Shown piece after piece: positions 51,379 through 64,000 of a stretch of 64,000 nt of DNA. A program made the position numbers and the translations under genes. The notes beneath the pieces were generated by a model. That model made no database searches. It saw only the letters and a program-made list of their open reading frames with translations, and was not told the DNA's origin. Source of the stretch: Octopus sinensis (lineage: Eukaryota). The number at the start of each line of letters is the position of its first letter. The first letter of the stretch is position 1. The DNA lies in assembly GCF_006345805.1 (NCBI RefSeq), contig NC_042998.1:50034001-50098000 (forward strand). The letters are read 5' to 3'.

Positions 51379-51712
51379 TATATATATATATATATGAAAA
51401 TATGTGTGTGTGCGTGTGCGTGTAATGTGTGTGTGTGTGTTTTAGAAAAGATAATTAGTAGAGATTTTCATTGAAAACAAAGATGGTACTGATTAAAAGA
51501 TTTATGGCTAGGTGTTATAAGGTATCCAAAGTGATTTATTCACTATTTAATTTGAATTCAGAACAATTACATTCATAATTACCCTATTATTGACTATTAA
51601 AAGGAAAGCAACATTAGCTGAAGAGTGTTAAATTACTTAACAGCAAGTACGCTGGATACCATTGTTTTCAGCAAGATTATGACCTTTGCGTTGGACAACG
51701 TCCTGTAAAGAC

Positions 51713-52027
51713 ACTTGGTTTAGTGGTTAGGGTGTTCGACTCACGATCGTAAAGTCGTGAGTTCGATTTCCGGTGGTGTGTTGTATCTTTGAACAAGACA
51801 CGTTAATTCACTTTGCTCCAGTCCATTCAGATATCAAAAAAATGAGTGTTATCCGCGTTTCAGTGCGGCAGATTTATCATATTCTCCGTCTCACTGAATC
51901 GCCCAGTGAACCACGTGAAGGGCACGCGTGTCTGTAGAGTGATCGACTGCTTGCACGTTAATTTCACGTGCAGGTTGATACGTTGATGTGATCAGCTGCA
52001 AACCTCGTTGTCGTAAACGACGGAGTA
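51713..52027 (+). mobile_element. tRNA-derived SINE family B
   Basis: Aligns to 22828-23125. Confidence 0.8.
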
Positions 52028-53038
52028 TCAAGGTTCGTCCTAGCTGTGGAAACGATATCTAATACACAGAACACACGCACATGGTTACAGTTTGTGAAAA
52101 AAAAAAAGTTTTAAAATTGCCATCACAAAATCATTTTTCCCAAGTTCAACTCTATCTCTTGTGCAAGTTATTAATCTCATGCTTTATTCAGCGATATGTG
52201 ATATGGAATATGAAAGTACTAACATTTGAATATAAATTGGCATCAGAGGTTAAAGTGAAACGGAAGAAAAACTAGTGAGTTATATGCGTAAGGATGTTAT
52301 TTAAAATCCAATTCAAATCTTTGTCAGTGTAACCGTTGCTATTAATGCGATCACTTTTGTCATACTTATGTAAAAATGCAGGTTTGGAGTTTGCTGAATG
52401 ATGCATATGCATTGGTTTATAAAATATCTGCTGGAATTTCCTCTACATAAAAGTGTCAAATAATCTTTATAAATTTTATAACCGGTTTTATTTATTTATT
52501 TTTTTTTCATTTATTATTTTTTTTCCTTTTCTGAAATATTTTTTGGTGGCGTTCTTTACTAAATAAAATAAAATAGAACAAAATAAAATAAAATAAAATA
52601 AAAATCTAGTTTGAGTTTTCTGAATTATTTGCTTTGAAGAATTAGGATGTTTTCCCGCAGTTTCTTCAACGACACTGACTGTTTCTCCGTTAATCTTTAC
52701 ATTTATGCAACTGTAGCCAATTCCTAAGCCGTCCATATCAGCCAACACATTAAACGCCTTGATTGTCACTATTTTTCATTTATAGACACCCACACAAACA
52801 CAGGGATATGGAAAGGTAAGATCCAAAGATCCAGGTGTGGGAAGTTAATAAGCATCGAGCAGCCTATAGAAAGTATAAAAAAACAACATTCAGAAACGAT
52901 AATGGTTTATTGGCGTAGGAGGTTGTAAAGTTTTCCCATATCGAAGTTCGATGAGTTGAAAAGAGGTTATTTTATAGTCCAAGGTTAGGAACTGGAGTTG
53001 CTATGTATGCGAATAAAAATCCAAATAGAGAGAATGGC

Positions 53039-53334
53039 GCAGCTAAAAGCCAGGATACATATGTTTCCTAGTTTGCAGAACCTTGGAAATAATAATTGCT
53101 CAACGAGGAGTACTCCACTAACTACTCATCAGGCTGAATATACCTTAGTTAAATGAAGGTTACAATGTCGCCAAGGGATTTTCTGTCAAATCTCCTGTGA
53201 TTAAATAATGTAACCTTCATTTAGCTAAGATATCTTGGGCCTGATGAATAGCTAGTGGAGTACCCCTCGTTCAGTAATTATGACTTCCGAGGTTCTGCTG
53301 GTTAGGAAACATATGCAGTCTGGATTTTACCTGC
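53039..53334. mobile_element. Foldback/MITE-like element, ~125-bp arms
   Basis: 53039-53164 is the approximate reverse complement of 53209-53334. Confidence 0.8.
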
Positions 53335-53360
53335 TGCATTCCCTATATTTGTGCTTGATT

Positions 53361-53690
53361 CAGTTATTGGACTGCAACAATGATGGAACACTAACTTGAA
53401 AGGTTTAGTTGAACAAATCGGTCCTTGCATTCATTTTTAAAAGCCTTATTTTACTTATTTTATCTTCCCTTTTGGCGAACCGTTATGTTACAGAAACGTA
53501 ATCAAACTAACACCGGTTGTCAAGCAGTGAGAAGACATACACACACATACATGTACATGCATATTTACGACGGACTTCCACAGAGTTTCCGTCTTCCAAA
53601 TCCACTCCGAAGGCTTTGGTCAGCCCGAAGACACTTGCCCAAGATCCGGCGTACTGGGACTAGACCCGAAACCACATAGTTACAAAGCGC
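53361..53690 (-). mobile_element. SINE family A, degenerate
   Basis: GGCGAACCGTTATG...GGTTGTCAAGC...TTTCCGTCTTCCAAATCCACTC aligns to family A. Confidence 0.7.
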
Positions 53691-54327
53691 AAAGCTGTTG
53701 CTTTAATTGTAGCACTGAATAGAGGAATAAGCCGTCTTTCATTACAGTTCTTACATACAGCACGAATACATCCCATTTCTATCATTTAAAGGTTTACTTT
53801 TCTTATCGCTTTTTAGAATCCACATAAAGCTGGCACTAATTTATCTTTTTCTCATTTACTTTAGTTGCATGTTATATTATAGTTTATACAGTGGATTCAC
53901 GCATGACCAGCTTTCTGTCAACTTTAGAATTACTATCGTTGAACGCATTGCATTCTACCACTTCGAATTGAGACTCTAATGTAATATTAAGGCACTTCTT
54001 GCAGTAAAATTATTTGTTGTACAAGTGTTTCCCCCCCCCTTATCTGCTTTCCTATTTCTGGAAGAAATGGTTATATAAATCCACAATAGCAGTTGTTTTT
54101 GAAAATTCATAAATAACTAGTCATTTATCGCAGGATGACAGCGAATAGAAATTAGCCTGATGAGTCATCGGATCACATGAAGCGATGAGATTCTTATTTT
54201 CACCTCCAACAAATACCAAAAAGAAAAGCCAAGAAAAAGAAAAAAAGCGGGCGAATTCGAAAAGGCATGGAATATTTCACAAATTGGGATTTATATGTAT
54301 GTGTGTGTACAAGTATATATATATATA

Positions 54328-54401
<74 letters not shown>

Positions 54402-54433
54402 TACAAGTATATATATATATATATATATATGTG

Positions 54434-54466
<33 letters not shown>

Positions 54467-54538
54467 TTGTGTTTGTGTGTGTATGTGCACGCGGTATATA
54501 TATATATATACACACATATATATATTTGTGTGAGTAGG

Positions 54539-54569
<31 letters not shown>

Positions 54570-55116
54570 ATATATATATAAATTTAACAAAAACAGCAAA
54601 CGTAAATATTGCAAAAACATAACAAACAAAAAATCCGTAGCTTATTCCTCATCAGTCAACGTCCAAAAGATCACAACACTTTCGCGCCTTTAACGTTAAT
54701 ACACACACACACATACACACACAAACAAACACACACACATACACACACAAACACACACACATGCACACACACACATATATATATATATATATACATATAT
54801 AAGGAGAGGGAGAGAGAGCGAGAGTGAGTGAGATGATTGCACTTATTTATTAGCGTATTATATTTAGTTTTTAAAGTAGTGTTTTGCTGATCATTTATAT
54901 ATGTGTTTTGCTGCCTAAAGAACCTTACTTGTCGCTGCCCGTGTTTAGCATGGCATTTAAATGCAATGAATAAATAATTAAATGAATAATCCCTTTGAGG
55001 TCAAGTTGTCAATCACCTTCTAGTCATGGATAAAAAGAATTACATATTAGGTCTACAATAGCCCTTTCTGTATCACCAAATTTCTCGCCTTGTGCTTCTG
55101 TGAGAAGCAATTCATT

Positions 55117-55350
55117 TGTGGTGGTTTGCCAGAATCGTTAGAATATCAACAAAAAAAAAAAAAAAAATAATGGCTTACAGTATTTCTTCAAATTCTTTAC
55201 GATCTAAGTTCAAATTTAACCGAGGTCAACTTCATATTTTATATTACTTCCTCTGGGTGTCGAATCAAACGTTTTAAATCGAGTTTTTAAACGTATTAAG
55301 TCGACTATAAAATCAACTGTTTTGCCCAAGTAGGCGTGTCTTTCTTATTG
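55117..55350 (+). mobile_element. SINE family D, degenerate
   Basis: TGCCAGAATCGTTAG...AAGTTCAAATTTAACCGAGGTCAAC. Confidence 0.55.
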
Positions 55351-55578
55351 TCAAATCTAGAACTAAATTATCTTATGTCTACTTGTATTTCAAGACGACA
55401 AGATCAAATATGGGGGATATTTTGTTGTTTTTTTATCAAGTGGTTTGAATAATATTTTTTTAACTACATCGAGTAACTCAGTTTCTTTCGATTCATTAAT
55501 TGGCTAGTTATGTCATTTGTTCATACGTTTAATCCTGCAAAGCTAATCATAATGAACACTCGACGTTGTATTGTATTA

Positions 55579-55628
<50 letters not shown>

Positions 55629-56528
55629 TGTGCGAGAGGGTGAGATAGTTAGATACGTATAGAGAGAGGTTGGAGGGGAATAGAGAGAGGGAGAGAAAGA
55701 GAAACAGAGAGTTAAAAAGAAATACAGAGAAGACTTTTAATACTAAGGAAGTGTGCCATACGGTTTGCGCAACAGAACCATTCAGTTCAGCAAACCTGTG
55801 TATGTTCTATAAGACTACAGAATACCAACTGCGCTTTCTGTATTTCCTATTATTATATAACGTGGCTCTAACTCTGCATATTTGCTTCTCCAACAGTGGG
55901 ATGCTCAACTTCAGGGTGTGTGTAATATAGAAATGAAGTGTATAATTGCTTGCTGGGCCCAAAATTTTGGTAAGGTGTCGTACTCGCCAACACAGTTTTA
56001 AATTGTACACACACACACAGACGTGCCATGCACACACACGCACACACACCACACACACACACACAAAAGTGCGCACACACATATATGGCGTAAAAATAAG
56101 AAATGAAATTCGATACTTCGTTCACAATAAAAACGTAATTATGTGATGGATTTGGAAAATGCTCATGCATATATTGGCTTTCCTTGCCCTTTCAATCCAT
56201 GATCGAACCGAGGGAGCTCTATTGTGATGAATAGCATGGCTTAGACATCTAAAGATGGCGGTGATCCTTCATTTCAATTTCCAACCAAACTCGGTTTCTT
56301 CTTGATAGAAAAAAAAAAGAGAAAAAGGAGAATCGATCCCGGTATTGGGTTGATAATTTATTTATCGATTGCGAAACGATGAAAAGCAATGCTGACCTAG
56401 GCAGGATTTGAAATATGAGGAAAATAGTCAGAACAAATACTGCAGATATCCGACGTTTTAACAACTCTGCCAATACACCACCTTTGTTAACTTGTCAATA
56501 ATTCGAAAGGAATATATAAATATATATA

Positions 56529-56584
<56 letters not shown>

Positions 56585-56619
56585 TATACACATACACATT
56601 CATACATATACATACATAT

Positions 56620-56669
<50 letters not shown>

Positions 56670-57465
56670 TTGTTAGTTCGAGCCATAAAGCTGTTACATC
56701 AATATAATGACACACACTTTCCAAGTATTGGCAAAAAAAGTATAGGCAAGTTGTCATCGTGGCTGGCGTGTGTCGAATGACTCTTTCTGCCCTAACTGAT
56801 CGAGCGGTTCTTTGAAGAAATATATTTCAGATTTCACTCTCCAGTAGCTTTGGTGTATTTAGTACGAAATGATGTAATTATTATTATTATTTTTTTAATA
56901 TGTTAGGGTGATTTGAGTATAACTTGGTTGCTATTTTCGCCAGCGCAGCCTGGCTCATATCGAAGCAAATTACATTTTGTTGTTTGTTTACAACTCGTTA
57001 GTTGTCATTTGTTACGAAAAGTATTCCACTTGTGACCGTTCTCTCTTTCTAGAAATATCTAACACATGACGTAATGTGTTTTTTTTTCCTTTCTAATGTT
57101 GTGAGATGTGATTTATAAGAGATTTGGCTGGACGAACGATGACTAGACGAAACTTCGTTGGTTCCTTTGCAGATAACCAAGTTCCGTTTCATGTGAATTT
57201 GCTTTGCTACTGCTCATCAGCCACTACATTTCCTTTATCTATTAAAGCATCCGTTAAATCTTAAGCTTATATAAATTCTCATGACCTCCTAAATGGAAAA
57301 GAAAACCGTATCAAATAGGTAAAATGCACACATCAAGATTAGCTAATACTTTCCGTTGGTCGTACAGAAAGTTTAGCTTCCGAATTATCCTATATGTTTG
57401 AAAAGGGTTTCATTAGAATTTAGTAAACGAATACTGTTTATATTACTCGGACTGGTATACTCATT

Positions 57466-57758
57466 TTGATCGTTAATTTCACTACGTTTCGGCCGTTGTA
57501 CGTTCCAGCCTTCTTCAGGTGTCATGTGTTGAACTCACTTGTTTCGGAATTTCGAACCTTACCACGGGATACACTGTTCTCATTCTGCAGAGAGCAGATT
57601 GAGAACAGAGGATCAAATTATGAATGAGAAAAGTGTATCTCTGTGGATCAAATAAAGTGTTAAGTTAGAAATTCCGATACAACAGCCGAGTTTAAAACAA
57701 GACACTTCAAGATGACTGAAGCGTACAACAGCCAATACGTAGTGAAATCAACAATCAA
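57466..57758. mobile_element. Foldback of two inverted Penelope-like terminal-repeat segments
   Basis: Arms pair throughout (e.g. CCACGGGATACACTGTTCTCATTC / GAATGAGAAAAGTGTATCTCTGTGG); second, decayed hammerhead at 57701-57745. Confidence 0.8.
57480..57521 (-). ncRNA. Minimal type I hammerhead ribozyme (Penelope-like), core intact
   Basis: Minus strand CAC-CTGAAGA-A-GGCTG-GAACGTACAA-CGGCC-GAAAC-GTA-GTG; all conserved core bases present, 5-bp stem II, ACGT palindromic stem III, 3-bp stem I. Confidence 0.75.
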
Positions 57759-59681
57759 GATGAGGACTAATACAAACTGTTAATATGATATAAATTCCTT
57801 GTTTCATAAATATAGTATTGTATTAAGTAAACGAATAAATACTACAATATTTTTGAAGTCTTTTGGGTCCGTGCGTATCACGTCAGGTCGACGATGGGAA
57901 GGATGGCTTCCCTTTGCAAATACTGATTGGGCACAGAAAGTGTGTCAATAGCCAGCTGGAGAAGATGTTCTCCTGGGGCTACATCCTACAGTAGCATCCA
58001 CCCTTAGTGGTTAGCCACATTTAAGTGGCAAATATACTTCACATTGTTGTGCAGCTACTGTTTATACCTCGTTCAGAGATCTATTATTGAATCAACAGTT
58101 GCTTTTACAATTTCTACTGATATCTAATTTGAAAAACTTACTACTATGATCTGTCAGTACAGCATGAATCTTTCCTGTGGCTACAGCTTATCAGCCTGTG
58201 TTATATTCGCGTCTTGTTTTCCTGTTTTTTTTTTTTTGTTGCTTTTTTTTCGGCCACTGGATCAACAGGAAAGAATGATTCTTATGGTCTGTTAGCCTTT
58301 GCATGGCTTCCTAGGTCGGCGAGATTGATGCTATTCTTAAATCATTGCTACAGAAAATTCTTAAGCAAGGAGGGAATTCTAAATAAGGAACATTCTGGAA
58401 AGGAAGTATTGGGTGTAGTTATCAGTGTTAGGAATGTGACGTTGAACAAAATAAGGAAGGTTAAAGGAGGAGAGACGAGTGAGATGAGATTGTACGAGGA
58501 AAGGTGACATAAGCCCAGTTAGCTCCGAAGATCAACGGCCATTATAGCAGCGGTAGAAAAGGTTGTGAGAGGAGACGGCGTACACGTAGGCCAAAGGCTG
58601 GTGCGCGCTTTTATACGACCTTATGCGAATCAGTCTAGTGGCTTTTTCATGAAATGGTTGAAAGATAGATCTCTTTGTTTTAGGAAGTATATAGAAAGTA
58701 TATAAACCTTTCGTCACTGATTCTTAAGACTAGGGAAATAGAAGTAGTTTTACAATTATTCAACCTCCGCAATGATACAACGAAATGTCTGCTGCTTATT
58801 TTAATTGATGTTCCATTACTTCTCTCTTCAACTGGCCATTTCATCTGTCGGCTAGCTATGAGTGTTTCTAGCATGAACGTTTTAACATTTATACTTTCAC
58901 GTGTCACAAAAGCACTTATGTCCTTATAAATATCAAAAGGATATTTCTCTTAATATCTCTGATGTTTGTCCATTTGAAGATGGAGAATGTAAAACTAAAA
59001 TATCTGCCAGGGTAGAAAGATAATGCTGATTCTCAAGAATACAATATAAATCAAGATAAGAGAGGTGTAAAGAATTGAAATCGTCAGATGTCTGTTTGCG
59101 TCAAACCTCCTCCTCCTCCTTCTCCTCCTCCTCAATGGTTCAACATCTGTATTTCGATGTTAATATCGATTGGATGCTTATACCATATACTATATCACAA
59201 CTCATCTCAGTCTATTACCATCACAATTGTTAAGTCCAGCATTCATCACTTCTTGGCACATATTATTTTTTTTTACCACTCTTCTGCTGATATCACATCA
59301 AACTATTTCTCCAATACTCAACCTCCATTCACGTCACATGGAAATACTAACACAATTACCTCCCCTGTGCATACTGACTAATGCTCTTAATTCCCAGCTG
59401 CTCTTTCAGTTCACCTGTTTCCCAATTTCACATAAATTAATATTATGTAAGCAACGGAACATATCTGATGCATTTCTTTCCTGCTTTCACAGAACATCAA
59501 TATGCAGCATCGGCAATCGGCAGTCTCACATAGTCTATCATTCATTTAAAGAAAATTACTATATGTTGTTAATAAAGATAACAGATCATCGAAATTAGTT
59601 TTCCCTTTCCTTTATATTGCAACTATGTTAATAATAACTATATTCAACTCATAAAAATTATATCAACTAGATAACAAACTA

Positions 59682-60247
59682 TTGCGTTGTCCAGAAAGTT
59701 CGTGCCGATTTTTAAAGGAAAGGAAAAGGTCAATAAATACTTGCCATTACATTTTTAATCAACCAAATATGAAACATTTTGTTGCACAATGCGTCTCCAT
59801 CTTTCCTTTAACTTGAAAATACACTCTTCCCAGAATTCAGGTGGTTTCATGGCAAAGAATTCATCAAGGTATCTTTTTACGTCATCCAAGAAATTGAAAT
59901 TTTTACCATTAAGATTATTCTGATGAGACCTGAATAAGTGGAAATCCGAAGGAGCAATATCTGGTGAATATGAAGGGTTGGGTAACACATCCCAGCCGAG
60001 CTGCAGCAATTTTTATCTGGTTCCCAAAACATCAAGTGCCGAAAATGAACTTTCTTATCTTCCATTTTAAAGGGTTACAGAATTAACATAGGTTATAGGA
60101 ACATAAACCTTCTTCCACGAAAAGATAGCTTAAACAGTTCTCTAAATGGAGGTGTAGTAAAATCCTATTTTATGGACTCAACTATGATCTAAAATAAATC
60201 GAAAGGTAAGCTGCTATAAATCGGCACGAACTTTCCGGACAACCCAA
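59682..60247 (-). mobile_element. Internally deleted mariner transposon with both TIRs and transposase C-terminus (59755-60009)
   Basis: TIRs TTG(C/G)GTTGTCC(A/G)GAAAGTTCGTGCCGATTT at both ends, TA TSD; LGWDVLPNPSYSPDIAPSDFHLFRS mariner motif. Confidence 0.92.
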
Positions 60248-60811
60248 TATTAATTTCATATTGTCTTAATGCCTTATTATCTGACACACTCACCGGTTCG
60301 ATTTTCACTCATTTATTATATTATTTCTTCCAAAACTTCCATTGGCTTTGCAAACTTGTCAATGGATGTTTACTCTGTCCGTTACTGGAGCTGCGTTCTT
60401 TTTTTATCTGTTTGTGAACATGTAGCTCTCTCTCTTTCTGAATATATATATATATACCTCAATATGGTCACAGCCTCTGTCTCAAGCATTTAATAAAATA
60501 ATGGATCACGCGCATACACACACACACACATACACACAGTGAAAAGTATATTTGCGTATGTGTGCGCGCAGCACGTATGTATTTTCTTGGTTGTGTGTTT
60601 TTATTGATGTGTAATTTCAGTTATTAATGTTTGGCCAGTTAGTAAGTATTGTTCATTCACCATCTGCTCCAAGGTCTGCTTCAAGTAAATACTTGTTTAT
60701 GAGATTGCTGGTTCGATAAATTTATTGTATAACATACTCTGGTATGATATATTGCGAGAGATCGTTGAAATCAAACTTTATGCGAATATTCTCTAAACAT
60801 GATAATAGCTA

Positions 60812-60861
<50 letters not shown>

Positions 60862-61109
60862 TTAAACTTTAACTATAACCTTGATTCAATAGCACTGTGT
60901 ACGAACTCTATACTTGGAATGACCAATTTTAAATACTATTGGATTTTACTCACAAGGTATTGGAATCTTCTATGTATACCATTCTGCCTAAATAATGGAT
61001 CTACAAATTCAATATCCCTGCATATCTCACATTTATTTTCATTCCTCCACTTTACTCTCTATTTCATATCTTATCTAAATTAACTGTTGCTTAACCACTT
61101 TCTCACACC

Positions 61110-61157
61110 GTCTCCGATGAAGAGGTATAATAAATATCCTAAAAACAGATGTAAGAC
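61110..61157 (+). ncRNA. Decayed minimal hammerhead motif (Penelope-like)
   Basis: GTCT-CCGATGA-A-GAGG...CCT-AAAAC-AGAT-GTA-AGAC; stem I GTCT/AGAC intact; two core substitutions. Confidence 0.5.
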
Positions 61158-61631
61158 CTATTTATAAATGTTCTAAAATCTTCACAGCGTTGGTTTCTTT
61201 TTATCTCATTCAGAAAAAATTTTCTATATACGCATGCTGATATGCGAACTACGTTAGACTCCTTATTCGCATAATCACCGAACCTGTAGCTTAACTATGG
61301 TCTGTCCATAGCACTTAGTCAGCATTACCTGACACTTTTGGGTCTTACTTTCTCATTACCTCGAACCTAGATCTCATAAAATCTATGTATGTATATATCT
61401 ATATAGATAGAATATATATATATATATATATACCCCTATATATATGTACATATATATATATATATATATAGAATATACATTATATATAATATGTACTATA
61501 TATAGTATATTATATCTATTATACCTATATATATATTATATATAGATCCATATATATATCTAGTATATGATATATACTATATATAGATATATATATATAC
61601 ATATATATTATATATATATATATACATATAT

Positions 61632-61731
61632 NNNNNNNNNNNNNNNNNNNNNNNNNNNNNNNNNNNNNNNNNNNNNNNNNNNNNNNNNNNNNNNNNNNNN
61701 NNNNNNNNNNNNNNNNNNNNNNNNNNNNNNN
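61632..61731. other. Assembly gap (100 N)
   Basis: Run of exactly 100 N next to a (TA)n field; the true length is unknown. Confidence 1.
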
Positions 61732-64000
61732 ATGTAATTTCACAATATCTTCCATCGAAATATTTTATATTTTGACTTACTTACGAAGATAAATTAACGA
61801 AATCTCAATGCCTTGGAGAATATATATATATATACATGTGTGTGTGTGTGTGTTACATGATGTATAACAATTTCACAACTAATTTTCGTAACAGACAGAG
61901 CCAACACAGCACTTAAACGAACGTTTGAAAGCTAATTATATTATACATTAATATCAATCAAAACTGGCTGTTATCTTTAAATAATGAATAATTTCAAATC
62001 ACATATTAATTATCTAATACATTATATGATTTTTAATGCCGTTGTTATCTAACAAATTCTCTTTAAGTTGTTTCTTTGCAAGTATGCCATTGGTGGTATT
62101 ATGGTTTGATATAAATTAAAACTGTATCGCATTCAAACTAACCTTATCCTGTACTATCATGTAAGATGTGTATTTACTAATTTGCTGATAGTTGCCGAGC
62201 GGTATATGTAGTTGGACAGAAAAAGAATTTGATTTTTTTGTAAATTTAGAACTGCTAAAGCCATTTTAAATTTCGGTGCATGACATTTAATTCTGCATTT
62301 TGTATTTAACTTACTTGAAAAGAATGAGTAACAAATCTTACAGAAGTGTACATTATAATATACTAAAATGTCGATATCACAGAGGCTGTAGAACTATTTG
62401 AATCAAAGCTACAGCATTGCCATTCCAAGATTTTATTAAATCTGGATCGGATTCGACAATGTATTTTTCTTCCTACAAATGTAAAAGATATATGAATTTC
62501 TTCTGCATTACAGATGTATTTACTAATTTGATGTAAGAGCAATGTAAATATTCGTTGAAAGAAAAAGTTTTTATACTATTAAAGAAAAAGTTATTCCTGG
62601 TTGTTTGTATCTACTACAAAGCAGTTAAACTCACTCTGCAAAAGACTTAATTCTAAAAACCATAATTAACTTAGATGCTGGAAAAGAGAAACAGATCTTT
62701 TAAGAATGCAGTTTGTAGTGGATAATCATCATATCTTCAGAGAGATTCATCATTGTAATGCAATTATATATCTTGTGATAAGAGCAGTCTTAAAGACTAT
62801 TATGGTTTGTTTAAGTATTTAACATATAACTAAGTAAAGAATAGTCTTTGGAAAAAAGAAATATAGAGACTTTGATGTTTCAAAATAAATAGTCCCTAAA
62901 CAAACCTATCATTAGAAATATATTCTACTGTAGGAAGATATCCAAGCAAACAATTAATTACTTTGAAGCAGATATGCATCATTTATAATACAATATAAAA
63001 ATTCTTGTTCTTGTAATGTGAAGGCTATGGGGTTTTAGAATGTATGTTTGCAGTGATGAATTCGTTAGAAAAATAACAAAGCTCTTTATTGTTATTTTTT
63101 TCCCCATTATTTTCTTATTCGTGACGGTATCGTCTCAATTTTATGGTTGAAAGGTAAAATAAACTGATACGCCACTGATTTGTAAAAATTCCTTCCAGCA
63201 AAGAAAATTTGCTGTAAAATCGTTCTTGAAGTAAACTTGTGTAAACATGAACGTTTCGTAGGAAAATAGGTTTCGCTTGTAAACTTAGCAGTCTTCCAAT
63301 AAGCAGTAGCTCTTAATCAAATCTTGTGACTGGAACGAATATTCTCCAGCACGTAATACTTTCAACGACCTCAGCATATTCACTGCAATTGATATGGTCG
63401 ATGTAGTGATGGCCGTTGTCATTACCATCATCATCGTCGTCGTCATCATCAAAATTATCATTATCATTATTCTAGCAGTTCTATTTCCATACAGTTATGA
63501 ATCAACAATGCAGAATCATTTACAAATCATAACCGTGACCTGAATAGGCACGAGGTTTGAATTTCGGGTGAATGGCCTTGTCGATTATATCAACCCCAGT
63601 GTCTCAGACTTAAGAAGTTAGTAACAATCCATGTATAAATTCTATTGCACATAATAAAAATGATAAAATTCACGACTCTGACTGTTACATTAGTCATGAG
63701 AACACGGCACTCACACGCACTCATCACACTCAATATGTGATGTGTTGTAATATGTCTTAATCACATATATGGAATATATTGATACGTTTAATACTAGTTT
63801 CAACTTATTTCTTTTAAAATTCTGTCATTATTCATGGCTTGGTTATATTAGTATATAGACATGTGTGTGTGTGCGCGTGTGCGTGTATGTATTTATATAT
63901 GTGTGTGTGTTTTTGTTTGTATGCATATACGCGAAGAGAAAGTGATAGACAGATAGATAGATAGATATACAATCAAGTGGAAAGATTGCGAAATTATACG

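Noticed and set aside
51618-51650. CTGAAGA-G-TGTTAA/TTAACA hairpin as a hammerhead
   Set aside because: A good stem II follows the core but GAAA and the cleavage triplet are absent.
54156-54190. CTGATGAGTCAT...ATGA as a hammerhead
   Set aside because: No GAAA after the putative stem II and no stem I or III.
62160-63060. AT-rich decayed coding-like region
   Set aside because: All frames are repeatedly interrupted and I recognise no motif to assign it.
63285-63540. ORFs around the (CAT/CGT)n tract, including a hydrophobic transmembrane-like stretch
   Set aside because: The hydrophobic run is the microsatellite translation; no splice or homology support.

Overview
AT-rich, microsatellite-saturated animal genomic DNA. 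Its repeat content (tRNA-derived SINEs with a CCTTGGGCAAG core, RTE/CR1/R4-type LINE ends, Tc1/mariner and Helitron remnants) looks like an Octopus (coleoid cephalopod) genome; the species is an inference. No intact long protein-coding ORF is present, and almost all entries in the ORF track are translations of (TA)n, (CA)n, (TACA)n, (TATC)n or trinucleotide arrays. Recognisable protein homology is confined to dead transposons: CR1 ORF2 C-terminus, mariner, DD37D/maT, Tigger/pogo and an R4/Dong-like C-terminus. A few weak, unidentified candidate host exons are listed. The most striking layer is a set of short Penelope-like retroelement fragments carrying minimal hammerhead ribozyme (HHR) motifs from several families. 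One four-copy family has a reconstructed consensus that is a complete hammerhead fold with a non-canonical U at core position 6. One essentially intact hammerhead sits inside a ~290-bp foldback, and tandem ~304-bp units carry permuted hammerhead halves. There are also six foldback elements, a stack of R4/Dong-like 3' ends in (TACA)n, and a Tigger remnant with an apparent internal inversion. A 100-N scaffold gap lies at 61632-61731. All family assignments are by eye; no database search was run.
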